From: TPA_inf: Saccharomyces
Taxonomy: Eukaryota
Assembly: GCA_000146045.2 (NCBI GenBank)
Contig: BK006943.2
Span: forward strand, 160,001 to 224,000
Length of the DNA stretch: 64,000 bases
Reading direction: 5' to 3'
The notes under the pieces are model-generated. The model was given only the letters and a program-made list of their open reading frames with translations. It was not told the origin of the DNA and did no database searches. The stretch's first letter is position 1. Each line of letters begins with the position of its first letter. Of this stretch, positions 58,857 through 64,000 are shown piece by piece. A program made the translations under genes and the position numbers.

Positions 58857-60016
58857 ACAACCTGGAAGATACAAAACTGACCATCTATTTCAAGGACTCT
58901 AGAAGTCATAACCATATATTCTTCAAGCCTATGCGTCGGAGCACCATACATCATAAGAGCTCTACACATGCGTAGGATGAACCGGTGTCTTTGTAAAATG
59001 TCTGCAATGTGAACCGTAATTTTCGCTTCAGTTTTTAGTCTTTTCTTCAGTCTAGGCATTCTGCCTTTTTTAGCCTTGCCTTTTAAATTTTGTAATCTGC
59101 TACGCTTGGCAACTGGTACGTCTTTGTTTCCAGCAGTAGAAGAAATACCTTCATCATCTGTTGTTACAGCTTGTGAATCTGAAAAGATTGAGCTTGAATT
59201 TTGATCTTCATTTTGGTAAAGTTTCAATAATGACCCTAGTACTCCACTTTTCACTTGAGATGGAGGGGGTACGTATGTGGAGGTTTCAATAAACCCTTCG
59301 TTATCGTCGGATGAATTGTTTTCTGCATAATCATCAAAATGATCCACTGCAGGAGCCAGAAATGAATTTTTTGAACTTGAGCCTAACGTTTCGCCATCCG
59401 ACGTACAATTTACGTCACCTTCTAATTTGAGAGCCTCCAGTTTTTCTTTATCGTCGCCCTCATGAACGTCTACGATTTTAGACGCATCAGCTAGATCGGA
59501 TAAGGGAATTTCTTCATTACGGTTATTTTTTTCTATATCATTCTTCCCATTTTCATTTTCTGAAGGTATTGGTGCCAAGCCAGGGACCAAACCCCCTTGA
59601 TTTCCAGTCAGGTTATTTATTATCTTCTTGATGAACGTCTCATCGTCTCCATCCTTACCATTGTTCCTTAAATGTGTGAAAGAAACTTTAGGCTTCCTCT
59701 TGTGGCGAGCAGGCCTATCTTCTTCATCTTGTCCATCTGTGCCCTTAGAATTATCGCTGGTTTCTGTAGATCTTGAAGACAAATCATTTTCTAGAGCATC
59801 CGTATCAGCAGTGAATCTTACATTTTTGTTATCATTATTAGAAATACCTAGATCACTGATGCTTTTACCACTTAAATTGCCTTTTTTGCTCTCGGCTGAA
59901 TTGGAAGTGCGATGGTCACTACTATCTTCAAGATTCACTCCCGCTTGACTTTGCTCGGAGCTTCCCACCCGAAAATCTGACACAGGAGTGGTTGGTTTTT
60001 CATTTCTACCGTCCAT
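58853..60016 (-). CDS. YJL107C: Hydrophilic Ser/Asp-rich protein (387 aa). Likely the N-terminal half of a single YJL107C-PRM10 gene split by a frameshift.
   Basis: 387 aa. Its TGA stop (rc 58853-58855) overlaps the PRM10 ATG as gtATGAtt. The C-terminus ...YMVMTSRVLEIDGQFCIFQVV leads directly into the PRM10 membrane domain in the +1 frame. Confidence 0.75.
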   Translation of the reverse strand: MDGRNEKPTTPVSDFRVGSSEQSQAGVNLEDSSDHRTSNSAESKKGNLSGKSISDLGISNNDNKNVRFTADTDALENDLSSRSTETSDNSKGTDGQDEEDRPARHKRKPKVSFTHLRNNGKDGDDETFIKKIINNLTGNQGGLVPGLAPIPSENENGKNDIEKNNRNEEIPLSDLADASKIVDVHEGDDKEKLEALKLEGDVNCTSDGETLGSSSKNSFLAPAVDHFDDYAENNSSDDNEGFIETSTYVPPPSQVKSGVLGSLLKLYQNEDQNSSSIFSDSQAVTTDDEGISSTAGNKDVPVAKRSRLQNLKGKAKKGRMPRLKKRLKTEAKITVHIADILQRHRFILRMCRALMMYGAPTHRLEEYMVMTSRVLEIDGQFCIFQVV

Positions 60017-60932
60017 TGTATAGCCTATCGGTTATTCGATCTTTTTTCTTTTGTTATTCTATATCTAAAAGATAAAAGTCGCACACCGCTAAGTAAGTAA
60101 GTAAGTGTTATATAAGATTTATTTAGCTACGTTCTCAGATATAGTAGGCTTAAAACAAACGTAAAACATAGTTATATATTAATATGCAATTCGGTTTATT
60201 TCTTTTTCAAGATTCTTCCGAATTTCGTCATATTGGGTTCGCAATTTTTGGCGATGGCTTTGCTTCGATATTTTTCGGATGAAAATAGTCAAAGGACACT
60301 AGAAACACGAATGGCGCGCTGATTACGGAGACGTCGGGCTAAGACAAAGAGGGTCCATTCGGCGTGCTGGTGGTACTGTGACAGATAAACCCAATGCCCC
60401 ACTTTTCTCGAGGAGTTGAAACAAGCGGGACAACTGCTACGTCATAAAAATGGGAGTACCAAGGGAGGAGCCATAAGCCGGGTAAAATTTGGCGCTGTTT
60501 TTCTTAATCTAAAAATAGTTCAACAATAAAATTTGGGCTCCGCCCATCCAGACCAAAGCAATCTTCGGCCTTAACAAGCCAAAGGGAACGAAACCCAGAC
60601 TCTACCATGCATTTCGAACATGTTGTAGCTAACTACACTGGTAACCCAGATACCTATTCTCTCAGTAGCTGTTTCACCAAGACTCCGCACTCATGGTAAG
60701 TAGAAAAAGAAAACTCTCACAAAAATCTGAGTGGCACAGCTTTTCCAAATACGCTTTTTAAACTTGGAGAAATAAAGATGTATTACCCGCTGGTGCCTTA
60801 AAATATCCTTTTCTCCGGTTGTCCAATAATTTATGTTACGGCGGCTATTTGAGTTTTTGTGGAAATCTCTATCATTAATAAATGTCAGCCTTGTGTCTTA
60901 AATGCAATTCAACAGGGAAAAGGCGCGAGACT

Positions 60933-60940
60933 TCGGCGGC
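60933..60940 (+). promoter_or_regulatory. URS1 (Ume6-binding) core TCGGCGGC in the IME2 upstream region
   Basis: Sequence cTTCGGCGGCAaa lies about 455 bp upstream of the IME2 ATG. URS1 (TCGGCGGCT/A) is the Ume6/Ime1-responsive element of early meiotic genes, including IME2. Confidence 0.65.
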
Positions 60941-61389
60941 AAAAAGCCACAGACAAGTGCTGGTTGCAAAGAGGTAAAGAAGTAATGTGTGTAATCAAAT
61001 AGATATATTAAGGTAGCAACTCACCGGTCTGTCCATTTTCTTTTCCTGAATAACTTCTTCTGTCTTCACACATTCATTTCATTTTTATTTTCCAATATCA
61101 CTCAACGAGAAAGAAGTTACAAGATCTATCTTTCAAAATAGTTTACAGTTACCTTTACTTTACCCTTTCCCTTTTCAGTTTGTTACCCCTTCTCCTAAAA
61201 GTTTTATTTTTTGGGTAAAGATATAAAGGACACTCCAGTCGGTTAAGGTGGCTGTCTAGAGAATATAAACCTGTATTTATTTACCAGGCTTATCAGAAAA
61301 GTTAATCGTGTTCTTAAATATTCATTGAAAAGGAACGTGATACAGACGTAATAAAAGAAGAGTACTAAGCTTAACTTAATAGGTCATTT

Positions 61390-63327
61390 ATGGTTGAAAA
61401 ACGTAGTAGACAGAGTTCCAGTAGTGGCTCAGAGTTCAGTGTTCCACCTGATGTCGATAACCCGCCACTTTCTATCCCTTTGAAGACTTTATCAGACAGA
61501 TATCAGCTGATCGAAAAACTAGGTGCAGGATCATTTGGTTGTGTAACTTTAGCCAAAGCGCAATTTCCTTTATCGAACATATTGGGTAAACAACATGATA
61601 TAAGGGGTACTTTAATGGATCAGCCTAAAAATGGTCACCAAAACTATATAACAAAGACACAAGGTGTAGTGGCTATAAAGACAATGATGACAAAACTGCA
61701 TACACTCCAGGATTATACGAGGGTCAGAGAAATTAAGTTCATACTGGCAATCCCAGCGAATGACCATCTGATACAAATTTTTGAGGTCTTTATTGACTCT
61801 GAAAATTACCAATTACATATCGTAATGGAATGTATGGAGCAAAACCTATATCAAATGATGAAACATAGAAGGCGCCGAGTTTTTTCGATTCCTTCTTTGA
61901 AATCTATTCTATCGCAGATACTGGCTGGGTTAAAACACATCCACGAACATAATTTCTTCCACAGAGATTTAAAACCTGAAAATATTCTTATCACACCAAG
62001 TACCCAGTATTTTGAAAAGGAGTACATGAACCAGATTGGATATCAAGATAACTATGTCATTAAACTTGCAGATTTTGGTTTGGCACGCCATGTTGAAAAT
62101 AAAAACCCGTATACGGCCTACGTTTCCACAAGATGGTATAGATCGCCTGAAATATTATTAAGAAGTGGTTACTATTCCAAACCTTTGGATATTTGGGCAT
62201 TCGGGTGCGTGGCGGTGGAAGTTACTGTATTCAGAGCTCTCTTCCCCGGTGCTAACGAAATCGATCAGATATGGAAAATTTTAGAAGTTCTTGGTACACC
62301 TATCAAACGTTCTGATTTTGTTAATACAAACCACATCACAGCTCCACCACCTGGTGGATTTTGGGATGATGCCAGTAATTTGGTCCATAAATTAAACTTG
62401 AAATTGCCTTATGTAGAAGGTTCATCGTTGGATCATCTACTTTCTAGCTCCCAACTATCCGATTTATCTGAGGTTGTCAAAAAGTGTTTAAGATGGGATC
62501 CTAATGAAAGGGCAACAGCCCAAGAGCTTTGTGAAATGCCATTTTTTGAAAACACCGTGGCATCCCAAGTAGACGCAAGAGGCAATGTGACTAATACAGA
62601 ACAAGCATTGATTTTTGCAGGTATAAATCCAGTAGCGACCAACACAAAGCCCATATATTTTAACTCTTCAACAAAATTGCCCGCAGAAACAGAGTCTAAT
62701 GATATTGATATCAGCAACAACGATCACGATTCTCATGCTATGTGCTCACCAACATTAAATCAAGAAAAACTAACTTTGGTAGAATTTTTAAACGAATTCG
62801 TTGAAGAAGATAATGATGATCACTCAATACCTGATGTTGGAACAGATTCTACCATTTCAGATTCTATTGATGAGACTGAATTATCAAAAGAAATTCGTAA
62901 TAATTTGGCCCTTTGTCAACTACCAGATGAAGAAGTCTTAGATCATTCATTATCGAATATTAGGCAGTTGACAAATGATATTGAAATTATAAATAAAGAT
63001 GAAGCAGACAACATGGAACAGCTATTTTTTGACCTGGAAATTCCTGAAAAGGATGAGTTTCAGAGAAAACAACCATTTAATGAACATGCAGATATTGATG
63101 AAGACATCGTTCTACCATATGTGAACAACTCAAATTACACACATACAGATAGGTCACATCATAGAGGTGATAATGTTTTGGGTGATGCCTCTTTAGGCGA
63201 TTCGTTTAATTCAATGCCAGATTTTACTCCAAGAAATTTCTTGATACCTACATTAAAAAAATCACGGGAAAAGTTCGAGCCTCATCTATCCAATTCAAAC
63301 CAACATTTTGGAAATGTAACCTTCTAA
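61390..63327 (+). CDS. IME2: Meiosis-specific CMGC (CDK-like) Ser/Thr protein kinase (645 aa)
   Basis: GAGSFGCV glycine loop, HRDLKPENIL, DFGLARH, TAY activation-loop motif (NPYTAYVSTRWYRSPE). Long low-complexity C-terminal tail. 645 aa. URS1 site upstream. Confidence 0.95.
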   Translation: MVEKRSRQSSSSGSEFSVPPDVDNPPLSIPLKTLSDRYQLIEKLGAGSFGCVTLAKAQFPLSNILGKQHDIRGTLMDQPKNGHQNYITKTQGVVAIKTMMTKLHTLQDYTRVREIKFILAIPANDHLIQIFEVFIDSENYQLHIVMECMEQNLYQMMKHRRRRVFSIPSLKSILSQILAGLKHIHEHNFFHRDLKPENILITPSTQYFEKEYMNQIGYQDNYVIKLADFGLARHVENKNPYTAYVSTRWYRSPEILLRSGYYSKPLDIWAFGCVAVEVTVFRALFPGANEIDQIWKILEVLGTPIKRSDFVNTNHITAPPPGGFWDDASNLVHKLNLKLPYVEGSSLDHLLSSSQLSDLSEVVKKCLRWDPNERATAQELCEMPFFENTVASQVDARGNVTNTEQALIFAGINPVATNTKPIYFNSSTKLPAETESNDIDISNNDHDSHAMCSPTLNQEKLTLVEFLNEFVEEDNDDHSIPDVGTDSTISDSIDETELSKEIRNNLALCQLPDEEVLDHSLSNIRQLTNDIEIINKDEADNMEQLFFDLEIPEKDEFQRKQPFNEHADIDEDIVLPYVNNSNYTHTDRSHHRGDNVLGDASLGDSFNSMPDFTPRNFLIPTLKKSREKFEPHLSNSNQHFGNVTF

Positions 63328-64000
63328 TAATTTGTCATTTGACTGACGAATCGTTAGGCACAGTTATATAGTTATATACACATAGACATACATATGTTCG
63401 CATATATATTATATTACTATGCATTCACCTAAATAGCTACTGCTCTATTAATACAGTGCTTTTTCGATGGCTTTAATTTAACTTATTAGACATTACTTTG
63501 CGTTTATTCCCCTCCAATATATTTTTATGTTTGTTTTTCTTGAACATTTTATGATTTCTTGCTCTTGGCGGCTACTGATTTTGTTAAGCAACTCATCAAG
63601 AGGTCAAAAAAAGTAGAACGAGATCTTTGTGTTCGGTTACCCGGCTCAGATCCTAACTTGGTATGTTTATTCGTATAAGTTACTGTTGTCCACAGGCAAT
63701 ACTCTGCAGAAAATTAAAACGGCATTAATGCTAGGACAACCAGAACTGTTACTACTGTATGTGCGATAGTTGATAACTGCAACATTATGCCCGGTATATT
63801 CTCAAAAAACCCTATTACTGCATACGAAGAAATCGCAAGAGAAATCTTTCGGTTTGGAAAAGCTCACTGTGAGGTTCCTTGGAGCCAATAGTAATACAGC
63901 ACAATCCAAGGAAAAATCTGGCCTATATGCAAGGAAGGAGAGATAGTCAAAAGCATTCTTTCCCCTAGAAGTTGGTGCATATATGGCATCGTTAAAACAT

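Overview
This window reads as a well-characterised stretch of the left arm of Saccharomyces cerevisiae chromosome X, running from MRS3 (YJL133W) to IME2 (YJL106W). I see no evidence of a novel or undescribed biological system.

Gene identities rest on recognisable protein content plus my recollection of the S288C gene order and protein lengths. Recognisable content includes carbamoyl-phosphate synthetase/aspartate transcarbamylase (URA2), a TCP-1 chaperonin (CCT7), an Asf1 histone chaperone, an Sm protein (LSM1), and the MAPKK and CMGC kinases PBS2 and IME2. No similarity search could be run. About 30 protein-coding genes are packed at typical yeast density, with no obvious introns.

The one structurally complex locus lies at about 37.3-44.8 kb. 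Two divergently oriented tRNA genes, tRNA-Ala(AGC) on the minus strand and tRNA-Asp(GUC) on the plus strand, bracket about 7.3 kb of retrotransposon material. Its components are:
- a sigma (Ty3 LTR) fragment 16 bp upstream of tRNA-Ala;
- an older delta LTR, split by a full-length Ty4 element (371-bp tau LTRs, 5-bp TSD TATCA) and by a full-length solo delta in the opposite orientation (TSD ATTAT).

The Ty4 Gag (TYA) frame appears broken by a 1-nt indel in an A7 homopolymer. The canonical +1 frameshift heptamer CUU-AGG-C into TYB is intact.

Other points worth a second look:
- the adjacent YJL107C and PRM10 ORFs abut as gtATGAtt, the signature of a single gene split by a frameshift;
- three helically phased GATAAG motifs lie upstream of the GATA repressor gene GZF3;
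- PAC and RRPE ribosome-biogenesis motifs lie upstream of ALB1 and UTP10;
- two MCB (ACGCGT) boxes lie upstream of ASF1;
- a URS1 (Ume6) site lies upstream of IME2;
- several genes (TRK1, MTC1, ASF1) carry homopolymeric codon runs.

The ORF track uses non-ATG starts (TTG/GTG). Several gene starts were therefore moved to the first ATG, after which lengths match the known proteins.
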